Source: Prevotella sp.
GTDB lineage: Bacteria; Bacteroidota; Bacteroidia; Bacteroidales; Bacteroidaceae
Assembly (NCBI GenBank): GCA_024697645.1
Contig: JAILFH010000037.1
Span: 7,338 to 71,337, forward strand
Reading direction: 5' to 3'
Length of the DNA stretch: 64,000 nucleotides
This document shows, piece after piece, positions 48,275 to 59,974 of the stretch. The notes under the pieces were generated by a model. It did no database searches, had not been told where the DNA came from, and saw nothing but the letters and a program-made list of their open reading frames with translations. Position 1 is the stretch's first letter. Every line of letters begins with the position of its first letter. Position numbers and translations under genes: made by a program.

Positions 48275-49135
48275 CTATGGGAATTGTGGGTATTGATCGA
48301 AGTCTGGCTTGCGCTTTTCGAGGAAGGCACGACCACCCTCTTGCGCCTCATCGAGGCAATAGTAGAGCATCGTAGCGTCACCCGCTAGTTCCTGAATGCC
48401 TGCTTGTCCATCGAGTTCGGCGTTAAGTCCAGCCTTAATCATACGCAACGCCAATGGTGAACGTTCCATCATCGTTTCTGCCCAATCCACACACTCATCT
48501 TCAAGTTTACTCAATGGAACGACCTTGTTTACAAGTCCCATCTGTAACGCTTCTTCAGCCGAATATTGGCGACACAGGAACCAAATCTCGCGGGCCTTCT
48601 TCTGTCCAACAATACGAGCCAAATAACTTGAACCAAAACCTGCATCGAACGAACCCACCTTCGGACCTGTCTGTCCGAACATTGCATTCTCACTCGCAAT
48701 GCTCAAGTCACAAACCACATGCAACACATGACCTCCTCCAATAGCATAGCCATTGACCATCGCAATAACAGGTTTGGGCAAACGGCGAATCTGCATCTGT
48801 ACGTCCAGCACACTAAGTCGGGGCACACCTTGTTGGTCAATATAGCCTCCGTGTCCTTTCACGTGCATATCGCCACCTGAGCAAAAGGCGTGTTTTACAT
48901 CCTCCACATTCTTACCCACAGGCACTTCCGACAGAGCACCCGTCAGAATCACAACACGCAAGTCGAGACGGTCGCGGCAGATATTGAATGCTTGCGAAAG
49001 TTCCCACGTGGTCAATGGTGTGAACGCATTGCGATAGCGTGGGCGGTTAATCGTTATCTTTGCTATGTGATTATACTCTTCAAAGAGTATTTCCTTGAAG
49101 TCAACGCCTTCAATCTTTTTCCAAGTTCTTTCCAT
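48275..49135 (-). CDS. menB: 1,4-dihydroxy-2-naphthoyl-CoA synthase
   Basis: [38 protein letters not shown]; start moved to ATG 49135. Confidence 0.96.
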   Translation of the reverse strand: MERTWKKIEGVDFKEILFEEYNHIAKITINRPRYRNAFTPLTTWELSQAFNICRDRLDLRVVILTGALSEVPVGKNVEDVKHAFCSGGDMHVKGHGGYIDQQGVPRLSVLDVQMQIRRLPKPVIAMVNGYAIGGGHVLHVVCDLSIASENAMFGQTGPKVGSFDAGFGSSYLARIVGQKKAREIWFLCRQYSAEEALQMGLVNKVVPLSKLEDECVDWAETMMERSPLALRMIKAGLNAELDGQAGIQELAGDATMLYYCLDEAQEGGRAFLEKRKPDFDQYPQFP

Positions 49136-49146
49136 TCTTATATGTT

Positions 49147-50817
49147 TCAAAATAATTCGTAATATTTTTCCATTGTTCGGGAGTCTTCTTCTGAATTCGT
49201 GAAGACCTCGAGGAGCAAAGGTCTTTCTTCTGCCCTTCCTCCAGATAAATGAGTTGCTGTTAGCCACTCAATCCCTGCCTGTAGTTCTTCCATACTTCTG
49301 GCAACCCTATAGTTAACATCATAACTTTGGCAGATTCCTTCGGCAGATGTCTGATGTTGAACCATCACAAATCGCTCACGAGCAGGGCTTGCCTTTAGGC
49401 CCTCGAACTTCTCAAAGATTCCGCCGCAACCATTGTTGAGCAGCAAAATACGGAGATTCCGCCGCAAGTCTCGTTGCCATAAGCCATTAGAATCATAGAA
49501 GGAACTCAGGTCGCCTAAAACGCAATATACAAGTCCTTCCTTAACAAGTGAAAAGCCTGCTGCCGTTGAGAGTGTTCCCTCTATGCCATTTACACCACGA
49601 TTGCAGTATACGAAATGACGCGCATAGATATTCGCCAGACGAATTGCACAACTATTTCCATAATGAACGTCCATTCCCTCTGCACTACCCAATTGCTTCT
49701 CGAGTAATTTCACGGCAGCCATCTGCGAATAATCAGGACTGTATTTTTGCGCTACTTCATTTGCCTTCTTCAACTGTTCTCCCCATCGAATTTTAAAAGC
49801 ATTGATTGATTCCGGCTGTTTCTTAACTATCAGTTCCTTCAAGTCGGCAAGCACATCTTTGGGTCGACCTTCAATAACGCCATGAAGATTTTTGAAAGTG
49901 TCGTGTATCTGTCCATCTTCACTGACAGCCCATATCGAAACTTCTGCCGACAATCCACGAAGGAATTTCTTCAAGCGTTTGCTCACGAGCGTATCGCCCA
50001 GAACCAAAACAAAATCTGGCTGAAGCGTCTCAGAATTATCCTTAATAAGCACCTCGTCGAAGCAGCAGCCACCATTTCCGACACTTAACGACTCATTCAA
50101 AACAACTGCCCAGGAATCGATTCCTTTGAAATCGTCCTCCGTAAGACGACCGCGCATAGTTTGTCCAACCACAATCATAGGTTTCTGAGATTGGAGGAAT
50201 TGTTCTGAGATATTTGCTAATAGTCGTCTATCGTTGCGAGCCGTTGCCAAACTAATCACACGTTCCGTTGGCAAAACTTCCGTTGTAAATGTATATAGCG
50301 GTTCCGTCATCGGCACGTTGATATGAACTGGGCCGCCACCTTGCTGAACAGTTGCCAAAAGAGCCTCATTCACGAGTCGGTTGCAATACCAACGCGTTTC
50401 ATCATCATTCGGTTCAGGAAGCGTTACAGCCTTGCGTACAAATCTTCCCAAGGCATCTGCCTGAGGAAGTGTCTGTCCATCAAGTTGGTCAATCCATTGC
50501 TGAGGACGATCTGCGGAGACTACAACCAACGGGACTCGCTGATAATAGGCTTCTGCTACGGCTGGGAGTAAATTGAGCAAAGCAGTACCAGATGTAACAC
50601 AAACCACCACAGGCTCGCTAATAGCAAGTGCTATTCCCATTGCATAGAAGCCAGCCGAACGCTCATCAGTCACGCTGTAACAACTAATGTCGGGACACGT
50701 AACGAGATTATGCACAAGAGGTGCATTTCTGCTTCCCGGACACACCACAGCATGCTTTACGCCATGACCGACTAACAACGCCGTCAGTATGTTTACATTT
50801 TCCTTATTACTATACAC
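49147..50817 (-). CDS. menD: SEPHCHC synthase
   Basis: [32 protein letters not shown]; GTG start. Confidence 0.95.
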   Translation of the reverse strand: MYSNKENVNILTALLVGHGVKHAVVCPGSRNAPLVHNLVTCPDISCYSVTDERSAGFYAMGIALAISEPVVVCVTSGTALLNLLPAVAEAYYQRVPLVVVSADRPQQWIDQLDGQTLPQADALGRFVRKAVTLPEPNDDETRWYCNRLVNEALLATVQQGGGPVHINVPMTEPLYTFTTEVLPTERVISLATARNDRRLLANISEQFLQSQKPMIVVGQTMRGRLTEDDFKGIDSWAVVLNESLSVGNGGCCFDEVLIKDNSETLQPDFVLVLGDTLVSKRLKKFLRGLSAEVSIWAVSEDGQIHDTFKNLHGVIEGRPKDVLADLKELIVKKQPESINAFKIRWGEQLKKANEVAQKYSPDYSQMAAVKLLEKQLGSAEGMDVHYGNSCAIRLANIYARHFVYCNRGVNGIEGTLSTAAGFSLVKEGLVYCVLGDLSSFYDSNGLWQRDLRRNLRILLLNNGCGGIFEKFEGLKASPARERFVMVQHQTSAEGICQSYDVNYRVARSMEELQAGIEWLTATHLSGGRAEERPLLLEVFTNSEEDSRTMEKYYELF

Positions 50818-50986
50818 GATTCAATCGATTATTCATTAGTCCCAAATGGTCATTGAACGCAGATTCCGCAAATGACCACCTTATTTATATAATAGTTCAG
50901 CGAGATTACTTATATAGTTCAACGAGAATCGAAAAGATGAGAATAGTAAATCATAAATATCAACTCTCAACCATCAACTCTCAACT

Positions 50987-52141
50987 CTATAAAAGTCCTC
51001 TCATCGTCTGCATCTTTGCTTCCGTCTCTTGCCACTCCTGATCTTCGACGCTATCAATAAGCAAACCACCACCAGCATATAGTTGACAATGGTCATAACA
51101 GATTTCCATACATCGAAGCGAGACATAGAAACGAGTATCGGAGCCCAAGTTCAAGGGGCCACAGAAACCACTGTAGTAGCAGCGCGCAGTGGACTCGTTT
51201 TCTAAAATGAAAGCACGTGCTTCCTCCTTCGGCAAACCGCAAACAGCAGGTGTCGGATGAAGAGCTGCCACCATATCTCCAATGCCTAAATCTGCTTTAG
51301 GAACAAACGTAAAGTCACTGCGCAGATGTACGAGATTAGCAGCACGAGTTGTATAAGGTCCCTTCTCGATAATCCCCTCTGCAAAGTTCTTTAGCGTTTC
51401 AGCAATATAGGTAGCCACAAGCCGTTGTTCCTGAATATTCTTCTGACTCCACCGAATATCCTGTACTCCGCTTCGGTCAGGATTATCAAATCGCAACAAG
51501 TCTCCTTCAAGTCTCATCGTTCCCGCCAAAGCCATTGTGAAGTATTCGTTTCCTTTATTTTCCAAACCGTTTGTCTCCGACAAATGAGTTCCTGTCTGAA
51601 GAGGAACGAATGGTGAAGAGTTCCGTTGCACCAAAACCTCAGGTGTAGCCATCAGCCACATTCCAGTTTGAGGGGTTGTGAACAAAGCCACATACATACG
51701 AGGATATCGGCGACAGGCCTCGAAAAACAATTCTTCTGCATCGAGTTGACCATCAACATCAACACGCTCACTTCGCGAAAGTACCAATTTGCGGAACTGG
51801 TCCTTTTCCAAAGCATCATGGAAGCGAGTAAAAGTCTCCTTGTAGGAATTTGATGCTTCCTTTAGCAGAGCATCTTGTGACTTATGCCGATCAGGCATCT
51901 CTGCCGTCCACGACTTCAAAGATTCCTCATCTTTCTTCGGTGGAATTGGCAAAGTCAAGCATTCATCTCCCCGAATGACCACAATTGGACAATCATTGCT
52001 CACCACAAAAGGAGCAATAACAAATCCCTGTTGACCGTTCAGTTCACGTAGAGAACTTAACGTCAGCGGTTCACCCTCACCTTGCCGAACCACTTGATAG
52101 TCAGCAGTATGAGGCAATCGATAATAAGCAAAACTCATCAC
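50987..52141 (-). CDS. menF: Isochorismate synthase (chorismate-binding)
   Basis: KLVLSR, ATPEVL, ALAGT, EQRLV, LHPTPAVCGLP, AGGGL. Confidence 0.9.
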   Translation of the reverse strand: MMSFAYYRLPHTADYQVVRQGEGEPLTLSSLRELNGQQGFVIAPFVVSNDCPIVVIRGDECLTLPIPPKKDEESLKSWTAEMPDRHKSQDALLKEASNSYKETFTRFHDALEKDQFRKLVLSRSERVDVDGQLDAEELFFEACRRYPRMYVALFTTPQTGMWLMATPEVLVQRNSSPFVPLQTGTHLSETNGLENKGNEYFTMALAGTMRLEGDLLRFDNPDRSGVQDIRWSQKNIQEQRLVATYIAETLKNFAEGIIEKGPYTTRAANLVHLRSDFTFVPKADLGIGDMVAALHPTPAVCGLPKEEARAFILENESTARCYYSGFCGPLNLGSDTRFYVSLRCMEICYDHCQLYAGGGLLIDSVEDQEWQETEAKMQTMRGLL

Positions 52142-52551
52142 TTTCCTTTCGGAATAATATAGTTAGTCACTTCTACCGACGAAATCAATTCGCCAGCTTC
52201 ATTGCAAATCTCAACGTGCCATTGATGGAGTGTCCTACCTTTGTGCAACAAACGCGCCTTTGCCGTCACAGTATCGCCCTCAAGCACCGCTTTCATGTGC
52301 GAACCAGTCACATTGATACCCACACCAATCTTGTCGGGACACAACGCCAGCGAACCCACACCTGCAAGGTTCTCAGCCAAAGCCAACGAAGCACCACCAC
52401 TAAGAAAGCCAAACGGCTGTCGATTGCATTCGTTCACTTGCATACGAGCCATACATGTATCGGGTTCGGGGGTTGAGATAAATTCCATGCCCAACGTCTT
52501 CGATAAACCTTCCTGTCGGGCCAGACTTTCATTAATATGATCTATGTTCAT
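52138..52551 (-). CDS. menI: Hot-dog thioesterase (DHNA-CoA hydrolase, PaaI/YdiI family)
   Basis: QPFGFLSGGASLALAE; first gene of the men operon. Confidence 0.8.
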   Translation of the reverse strand: MNIDHINESLARQEGLSKTLGMEFISTPEPDTCMARMQVNECNRQPFGFLSGGASLALAENLAGVGSLALCPDKIGVGINVTGSHMKAVLEGDTVTAKARLLHKGRTLHQWHVEICNEAGELISSVEVTNYIIPKGK

Positions 52552-52856
52552 GGTAACATCTTTTTCTTTTTGCTGACTGCAAAGTTACTAATAAGTGAGC
52601 GTAATGCAAAATAAAAAACCATTTTTATTTCATTCGAAACGAACACTCGCGAAACCGATTTACAAATATCATATCAAAATGCGGCAGGCATTTTTCAATC
52701 GTTCTATGCTTAACCAACTTGAAACATAAAGGAAAAAATATGAAACATTAGAGATAGAAAAATGATGAGATGATGACAAGAGTTGTCGAAAATAATATGT
52801 AACTTTGCAGCAAATAAGTATAACTAAAATTGTAGAACAAACCAGACAAGATTACT

Positions 52857-55448
52857 ATGCGACTTAGAACAAGAACACTAATGTTGGCTTTGGTGCTAAC
52901 AACTTTTACTAACGCTGTTGCACAAGAGCAACTGCCTTATCAGAATCCAAATCTGAGTGCAAAGGAGCGTGCTGCAGACCTTTGTAAGCGACTAACTTTG
53001 GAGGAGAAATCTCTACTGATGTTGGATGAAAGTCCTGCAATTCCACGTCTTGGTATAAAAAAATTCTTTTGGTGGAGCGAGGCGCTACATGGTGCAGCAA
53101 ACATGGGCAATGTTACGGTTTTCCCCGAACCCATCGGAATGGCGGCATCATGGAATCCAGAAATGGTTTACAAAGTTTTCGATGTGGCAAGTACAGAGTT
53201 TCGAGCCCAATATAACCACCGCATGTATGATCAGGGTGGTGAAGACGAGAAATTCCATAGTTTGTCGGTATGGACACCGAATGTCAACATCTTCCGTGAT
53301 CCTCGTTGGGGACGTGGGCAGGAAACTTATGGAGAAGATCCTTATCTGACATCAGTAATGGGAACACAGGTAGTACGTGGCCTTCAAGGACCTGAATCGT
53401 CAAAATATCGTAAATTGTGGGCTTGTGCCAAACACTATGCTGTACACAGTGGACCTGAATACACACGCCACACAGCGAATCTAACCGACATTGAGCCACG
53501 GGATCTCTGGGAAACCTACTTGCCTGCATTCAAAACTCTTGTCGAAGATGCACAAGTGAGAGAAGTGATGTGTGCCTATCAACGTTTGGACGATGAGCCC
53601 TGCTGCGGCAATTCTCGTTTACTCCAACAGATTCTCCGTGACGAGTGGGGATTCAAGTATCTGGTGGTAAGCGACTGTGGAGCCATAAGCGACTTCCACC
53701 AGAATCACAAGTCGTCGTCTGATGCTGTACATGCGGCAGCAGTGGGCACACTTGCTGGTACTGATGTGGAATGTGGATGGGGATATGTCTACAAGAGTAT
53801 TCCCGAGGCTGTACGCAGAGGTTTAATCAGCGAGGAAGAAGTTGACAAGCATGTGTTGCGACTACTCGAAGGACGTTTCGATTTAGGTGAGATGGATGAC
53901 CCAAGTCTTGTAGAATGGTCGAAGATTCCCTATTCGGCTATGTCAACAAAGGAAAGTGCACAAAAGGCTCTTGATATGGCACGCCAATGCATTGTGCTAC
54001 TACAGAACAAGCAGAACGTTCTGCCGTTGAAGAAGGGTGGTAAGATTGCCGTAATAGGTCCAAATGCAGATAACAAACCGATGATGTGGGGCAACTATAA
54101 TGGCACTCCGAACCATACCATATCTATCTTAGATGGCTTACGGAAAAAGCAGAAGAACTTGGTCTACCTGCCTGGTTGCGATTTGACTGATACAAAAATC
54201 CTGAACTGTCTGATGGCTTCACAATGTAATATGGAAAAACATCGAGGCCTACGTGGAACATTCTGGAATAACACCGAGATGGAAGGCAAACCTGTGACCA
54301 CTCAATACTACACCACTCCTGTGGCTGTAACTACAGCAGGTATGCACAATTTTGCACCAAACGTTGCACTTGAAGATTTCTCTGCAAAATACGAGACAGT
54401 TTTCACACCTAAGGAATCAGGCGAATATATTGTTAGCGTGGAAGGCACAGGACATTTTGAAGTGTATGTAAACGGTGAGCGTAAACAAGTGAAGCATACA
54501 TGGCGCACTACCCCTACACGAACAGTCATTCAAGCAGAAGTTGGCCATGCCTACAACATTGAGATTCGATATCAATTTGTAAAGACTTGGGGTGCTGATA
54601 TGAAGATTAATATCGCCAAAGAGCGCCCAATCGACTATGGCGCAATCATTCGGCAACTAAAGGGTATTCAGACTGTGATATTTGTTGGTGGCATTTCGCC
54701 CGCACTTGAAGGAGAGGAAATGCCTGTGAACATTGAAGGTTTCCGAGGAGGAGACCGCACTAGCATTGAATTGCCTCGCGTTCAAAGAGATTTCTTGAAA
54801 GCCTTAAAGGCTGCTGGCAAAACCGTCATCTTCGTGAATTGTTCTGGCTCGGCCATTGCCTTACAGCCCGAAACTGAGTCGTGTGACGCCATCGTACAGG
54901 CCTGGTATGCTGGGCAGGAAGGTGGAACTGCTGTGGCTGATGTCATCTTTGGTGATATAAACCCAAGTGGAAAACTACCTGTGACATTCTATCGCTCAGA
55001 CAGTCAGTTGCCTGACTACGAAGACTATTCGATGAAGGGCCGCACCTATCGTTATTTCTCAGATCCACTCTTTGCCTTTGGCCATGGTCTGAGTTATACA
55101 ACATTTGACGTGGAAAATGGGAAGGCAAATATTGGAGACGATGGAGAAGGAACTTTCAGCGTCGACGTGAAGAACACAGGACTTCGCGACGGAGCGGAAG
55201 TAGTTCAACTCTACATCCGCAACTTAGAAGATACAGACGGTCCTCTGAAAACGCTACGAGGATTCCAACGCGTTAACGTAAAAGCAGGAAAGACCGTTAC
55301 TGCTACACTAAAACTTTCAAAGAAGTCATTTGAGTTCTTTGACACCGAAACAAATACGATGCTTACAAAGCCTGGTCGTTACGAAATACTCTATGGAACC
55401 AGTTCTCAAGACAAAGACTTGAAGCATCTGGAAGTAGAAATCAAATAG
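52857..55448 (+). CDS. GH3 beta-xylosidase with PA14 insert and Fn3-like domain
   Basis: WWSEALHG, RDPRWGRGQETYGEDP, CAKHYA, VVSDCGA, PSGKLPVTFY. Confidence 0.92.
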   Translation: MRLRTRTLMLALVLTTFTNAVAQEQLPYQNPNLSAKERAADLCKRLTLEEKSLLMLDESPAIPRLGIKKFFWWSEALHGAANMGNVTVFPEPIGMAASWNPEMVYKVFDVASTEFRAQYNHRMYDQGGEDEKFHSLSVWTPNVNIFRDPRWGRGQETYGEDPYLTSVMGTQVVRGLQGPESSKYRKLWACAKHYAVHSGPEYTRHTANLTDIEPRDLWETYLPAFKTLVEDAQVREVMCAYQRLDDEPCCGNSRLLQQILRDEWGFKYLVVSDCGAISDFHQNHKSSSDAVHAAAVGTLAGTDVECGWGYVYKSIPEAVRRGLISEEEVDKHVLRLLEGRFDLGEMDDPSLVEWSKIPYSAMSTKESAQKALDMARQCIVLLQNKQNVLPLKKGGKIAVIGPNADNKPMMWGNYNGTPNHTISILDGLRKKQKNLVYLPGCDLTDTKILNCLMASQCNMEKHRGLRGTFWNNTEMEGKPVTTQYYTTPVAVTTAGMHNFAPNVALEDFSAKYETVFTPKESGEYIVSVEGTGHFEVYVNGERKQVKHTWRTTPTRTVIQAEVGHAYNIEIRYQFVKTWGADMKINIAKERPIDYGAIIRQLKGIQTVIFVGGISPALEGEEMPVNIEGFRGGDRTSIELPRVQRDFLKALKAAGKTVIFVNCSGSAIALQPETESCDAIVQAWYAGQEGGTAVADVIFGDINPSGKLPVTFYRSDSQLPDYEDYSMKGRTYRYFSDPLFAFGHGLSYTTFDVENGKANIGDDGEGTFSVDVKNTGLRDGAEVVQLYIRNLEDTDGPLKTLRGFQRVNVKAGKTVTATLKLSKKSFEFFDTETNTMLTKPGRYEILYGTSSQDKDLKHLEVEIK

Positions 55449-55569
55449 ATAAAGACTTCTTAACAGAATTGTTTTATTAGGCTCTTGGATAATTTGGGAA
55501 AATGTGTTACCTTTGCAAACTGTAAGGGAATGCATTTTCCCAAATCCGTTTTATGGATACAACAAAACT

Positions 55570-56568
55570 ATGCATACAGCAATCATTCCCCTTTGGGGTT
55601 GGATATTATTCTACGCATTAGTTCTCCTGATGCTGGCCATCGACCTTAAATCTTTCGGTCGGAAAGGACAACATGAGGTAGACATAAAAGAAGCACTGCA
55701 AATGACTGTAGTGTGGATTGTTGTTTCACTTGTTTTCTGTGTGGGTATCTACTTCTTCTATCCAATAGAGCCTCATCAGAAAGCACTGGAATTCCTATCG
55801 GGTTATCTTATTGAGAAATCACTGTCAGTTGATAACCTCTTTGTGTTCCTCATGCTCTTCACTTTCTTTGGAGTGGAACGCAAATATCAGCATGAAGTGT
55901 TGTTCTGGGGTATCATAGGCGCTCTTGTCCTCCGTAGCATCTTCATTTTTCTTGGTGCAGCCGTAGTCTCAAGATTCGAATGGGTACTTGCCATTTTTGG
56001 TGTATTCCTACTCTATTCAGGAGCCAAGATGTTCACCCACAATGAAGAATTGCAGCCTGACCCTTCAAAAAACATTTTCGTTAAGATTTTCCGAAGGTTC
56101 TTCCCCGTCACTAATAAGATGCATGGTGGAAAATTCATGGTTAAGAATCTTTCTCAAGAAGAAGCAATAGAACATGTTGGCAAGAGAAAGAAAATATCGA
56201 CATGGGCCTTTACTCCTCTATTCGTCGCACTTCTTGTGATTGAAACAAGCGATATTGCTTTTGCCGTTGACAGCATTCCTGCAGTGTTCTCTGTGACGCA
56301 GGATCCATTCATCGTGCTCACCTCAAACATCTTCGCTATTCTTGGTCTGCGAGCACTCTATTTTGCATTAGCCGCCATTGCCAAGTATTTCTCTTATCTA
56401 AAATATGGTCTAGGCGTCGTGCTTATCTTCGTAGGTATTAAACTTCTGCTCCACTGCGAACTACCCTATGTCCCACACATAGAGATTTCTACTGGACTAA
56501 GCCTTCTTGTCATCTTTGGCACAATTGCTGGCAGCATTCTCCTTTCCGTTTTAAAGCAGAAAAAATAA
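55570..56568 (+). CDS. TerC/Alx family membrane protein
   Basis: IEKSLSVDNLFVF, LFWGIIGALVLR, SDIAFAVDSIPAVF, NIFAILGLR; start moved to ATG 55570. Confidence 0.92.
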   Translation: MHTAIIPLWGWILFYALVLLMLAIDLKSFGRKGQHEVDIKEALQMTVVWIVVSLVFCVGIYFFYPIEPHQKALEFLSGYLIEKSLSVDNLFVFLMLFTFFGVERKYQHEVLFWGIIGALVLRSIFIFLGAAVVSRFEWVLAIFGVFLLYSGAKMFTHNEELQPDPSKNIFVKIFRRFFPVTNKMHGGKFMVKNLSQEEAIEHVGKRKKISTWAFTPLFVALLVIETSDIAFAVDSIPAVFSVTQDPFIVLTSNIFAILGLRALYFALAAIAKYFSYLKYGLGVVLIFVGIKLLLHCELPYVPHIEISTGLSLLVIFGTIAGSILLSVLKQKK

Positions 56569-57510
56569 AGAGACACCAATACAGGAGACAAACGCTCCAA
56601 GTACTGCACGCAAGGTGATAGGTTGATGGAAAAGCCAGCGAGAAGGAAATAGAATCAGTATTGGAGTTGTTGCCATAAGGGTTGAAGCAATGCCTGCAGC
56701 AGTGTATTGAACGGCAGTGAGCGAGAGTCCCACTCCAATAAATGGACCCGAAAACACCGTAGTTACCATAGCTAGCATAGCACGACGGTCACTAACAACA
56801 CCCCAGAAAGTTTTCTCATCAGTTTTTCCTCTTCTTGACTGATTCCTCAGATAAAGCCAGGCTGAATAACAGATTAGTCCAGCAATGCAACGAATGAGAT
56901 TACTGCCAAATGGCAATACGTTCTCAATACTTGCTAATTGTTCTACAGGCACATTTGAAACATAGTGATCAAGACCTATCTTGCTAAGCACAAGACCAAG
57001 TCCTTGTCCTAAAGCGGCACCAAGTCCAAAGAGGACTCCGCGACGTGGCAATGGCTCTCCATTCTCTGTCCCCTTACTATCAGTTACTGCAATACCAATT
57101 CCTGCAAGCGTGACAACCATAGCCAACAAAGCATTCCAGGAAAGGATCTGTCCTATCATAGTCCAGGCAAAAAACGCCGTAAAAGCAGGAGCCAGTGTCA
57201 TGAACAATTGTCCAAAGCGCGAACCTATAGTCAAATAACTATTAAAAAGGCACCAGTCACCAAAGAAATAACCAACAAATCCACTTGCCAATAACCAAGC
57301 CCAAGCCTCCCAACCCGCATCGAGTGGTAAAGCCTGTCCAGTAGTAACCCACATGAGCAGCATCGAGAGTAGTAATGCCAAGCCCATACGCCAAACATTG
57401 AGCACATAGACTCCCATGCGCTTGCTGGCCACCTCTGCTGTTAGTGCCGACACCGTCCACAATGCCGCCACCATCAGCGAAATAATCTCTCCAATATAGT
57501 TGAATGTCAT
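56551..57510 (-). CDS. DMT (EamA) family transporter
   Basis: Ten hydrophobic helices in two repeats. Confidence 0.85.
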   Translation of the reverse strand: MTFNYIGEIISLMVAALWTVSALTAEVASKRMGVYVLNVWRMGLALLLSMLLMWVTTGQALPLDAGWEAWAWLLASGFVGYFFGDWCLFNSYLTIGSRFGQLFMTLAPAFTAFFAWTMIGQILSWNALLAMVVTLAGIGIAVTDSKGTENGEPLPRRGVLFGLGAALGQGLGLVLSKIGLDHYVSNVPVEQLASIENVLPFGSNLIRCIAGLICYSAWLYLRNQSRRGKTDEKTFWGVVSDRRAMLAMVTTVFSGPFIGVGLSLTAVQYTAAGIASTLMATTPILILFPSRWLFHQPITLRAVLGAFVSCIGVSLFFLL

Positions 57511-57627
57511 CCTGGCTGCAAAGGTACGAATTTTTCATAAATGATTTAGCAATTATTTCCTGAAATTATGCTGAGGTATGCAAAATATTTCGTAATTTTG
57601 CCTCACAAACAAAAATTACAATAAAGC

Positions 57628-59883
57628 ATGAGACACTTACTGCTAACCTTTTTCGTCATGCTTGCACTCAGCATGCAGGCTAATCCCGTAACCGATATGC
57701 TTGAACGCATCGACAAAGGTGCCTCAAAAAAGTTCAAGTTTGAATTGCTGAAGAACGATGGCAAAGAGTTCTTTGAACTCGACCAACAAGGCCAGCGAGT
57801 AGTCATTCGTGGCCACAACTGGATTGATGTAGCCGTAGGCGTCAACTGGTATTTAAAATACCATTGTGGAATTCACATCACTTGGAACAATCCTAAGGCC
57901 AAACTTCCAGCAAACCTTCCACGTGTAGCAAAGAAGGAGCGCCATGAAACAAAAATGAATCTGCGTTACGATTTCAATTACTGTACGTTCAGTTATTCCA
58001 TGGCCTTCTGGGACTGGGAACGATGGCAACAGGAAATTGACTGGATGGCACTTCATGGAGTGAACCTTCCCCTTGCCGTTGTGGGTGAAGAGTGCGTATG
58101 GCGCAACATGTTGTTGAAACTTGGGTACACAAAGGAAGAAGTTGGACAATTCATAGCCGGTCCCGCATTTCTTGCATGGTGGGAAATGAACAATCTTGAA
58201 GGCTGGGGAGGTCCACTACCCGATTCGTGGTATACTCAACAAGAAATCCTACAAAAGAAGATTCTCAAAAGAATGAAAGAATGGGGCATGTATCCAGTTC
58301 TGCCTGGATATAGCGGTATGGTACCCAGTAATGCTCGTGAAAAATTAGGTCTGAACGTGGCTGTGGGAGGACTTTGGAATGGCTATACCCGACCAGCCTT
58401 CCTGCAACCCACCGACGAGCGATTCCACGAGATTGCTGCTTTATATTACAAAGAACTCACTGCCCTTTTCGGTACGTCCAAATACTATTCCATGGACCCA
58501 TTCCATGAAGGAGGCAACACCATAGGAGTTGATCTCGAAGCATCGGGCAAAGCCATCATGAAAGAGATGAAACTTGTGAATCCTGCAGCGACATGGGTCA
58601 TACAAGGATGGCAGGAGAATCCACGTGAAGAACTGATTCAGAACCTTGAGGAAGGTGACTTGCTCATTCTGGACTTGTTCTCGGAGTGTCGTCCTAAGTG
58701 GGGCATCGCTTCTATTTTCCAAAATGACAAAGGTTACGGAAAGCATGAATGGCTATTCTGCCTTCTGGAAAACTTCGGTGGAAACGTAGGTTTGCATGGA
58801 CGTATGGATCAATTGTTGAGCAACTGGGCCCAGACGCAGAGTAACCCGAAAGCCCAACACCTGAAGGGCATCGGATTCACGATGGAAGGTTCTGAAAACA
58901 ATCCCGTAATGTTCGAACTGATGAGTGAGTTGCCTTGGAGAACCGATATTTCTTCACAGACGGTAGACAACGCTCAATTTAAGAAAGAATGGTTGAAGAA
59001 CTATTGTAAAGCCCGTTATGGCGTGAGCGAGCCTGCCATAGAAGAAGCATGGATGAAATTGGCTAACTCCATTTACAACTGCCCGGCTGGCAATAATCAA
59101 CAAGGACCTCATGAGAGCATTTTCTGCGGTCGTCCTTCCCAAAACAACTATCAGGTGTCGAGTTGGTCAAAGATGTCGAACTATTATGATCCAGACGATA
59201 CTCGCCGTGCCGCCTTGATATTTGCCTCTGTAGCGGAGAAGTATCGTGGAAATAACAATTATGAATACGATCTCGTCGACATTGTTCGCCAGGCACTTGC
59301 CGACCAGGGACGAGTTCAGTACCAACGAACTATGGCCGACTACAAGGCTTTCCGACGTGAACCATTCCAGCAGGATGCTAAACGATTCCTTGAAATGATT
59401 CTCGACCAAGACCGTCTGCTGGGGACACGCTCCGAATTCCGCTTAGGCCGTTGGACTGAACAGGCTCGCGCTTTAGGAACAACAATAGAAGAACAAAATC
59501 AATATGAATGGAATGCCCGTGTCCAGATAACAACCTGGGGAAACCGCACTTGTGCTGATGAAGGAGGCTTGCGCGACTATGCCCACAAGGAGTGGCAGGG
59601 GCTACTCAAAGACTTCTATCATATGCGCTGGGCTGCCTATTTCAAAGCACTAACCGATCAAATGGAGGCTAAGTCGAAACCCGATATTGACAAATTAGGC
59701 AATGGAAAATATAAGGGGCTGACCACTGATGAACTTTTCAAACTCGCTTTGGAACAGGATGTGAAACTCGACTTCTATGCTATGGAGGAGCCTTGGACTC
59801 TACAGCAGAATCCCTATTCTTCTGCTCCCGAGGGATCTCCGACTGACATTGCCCGCCAAATTTGCGAGAAGTATCTGAAATAA
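57628..59883 (+). CDS. GH89 alpha-N-acetylglucosaminidase
   Basis: NYCTFSYSMAFWDW.RW..EIDWMALHG, DPFHEGG, EWNAR.QIT.WG, DYA.KEW.GL. Confidence 0.93.
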   Translation: MRHLLLTFFVMLALSMQANPVTDMLERIDKGASKKFKFELLKNDGKEFFELDQQGQRVVIRGHNWIDVAVGVNWYLKYHCGIHITWNNPKAKLPANLPRVAKKERHETKMNLRYDFNYCTFSYSMAFWDWERWQQEIDWMALHGVNLPLAVVGEECVWRNMLLKLGYTKEEVGQFIAGPAFLAWWEMNNLEGWGGPLPDSWYTQQEILQKKILKRMKEWGMYPVLPGYSGMVPSNAREKLGLNVAVGGLWNGYTRPAFLQPTDERFHEIAALYYKELTALFGTSKYYSMDPFHEGGNTIGVDLEASGKAIMKEMKLVNPAATWVIQGWQENPREELIQNLEEGDLLILDLFSECRPKWGIASIFQNDKGYGKHEWLFCLLENFGGNVGLHGRMDQLLSNWAQTQSNPKAQHLKGIGFTMEGSENNPVMFELMSELPWRTDISSQTVDNAQFKKEWLKNYCKARYGVSEPAIEEAWMKLANSIYNCPAGNNQQGPHESIFCGRPSQNNYQVSSWSKMSNYYDPDDTRRAALIFASVAEKYRGNNNYEYDLVDIVRQALADQGRVQYQRTMADYKAFRREPFQQDAKRFLEMILDQDRLLGTRSEFRLGRWTEQARALGTTIEEQNQYEWNARVQITTWGNRTCADEGGLRDYAHKEWQGLLKDFYHMRWAAYFKALTDQMEAKSKPDIDKLGNGKYKGLTTDELFKLALEQDVKLDFYAMEEPWTLQQNPYSSAPEGSPTDIARQICEKYLK

Positions 59884-59974
59884 GAGATGATTGGGTAATA
59901 CATAGAACCAAAAGACTCTATGGAGTAAATATCAAAGGAACGTTGATTTAAGAGACTGGAGAATTTAGAAAGAA

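Noticed and set aside
55517-55569. yybP-ykoY (Mn) riboswitch upstream of the TerC gene
   Set aside because: The leader is only ~50 nt with two small hairpins (gggaa/ttccc, atcc/ggat) and lacks the four-way junction and conserved loop motifs
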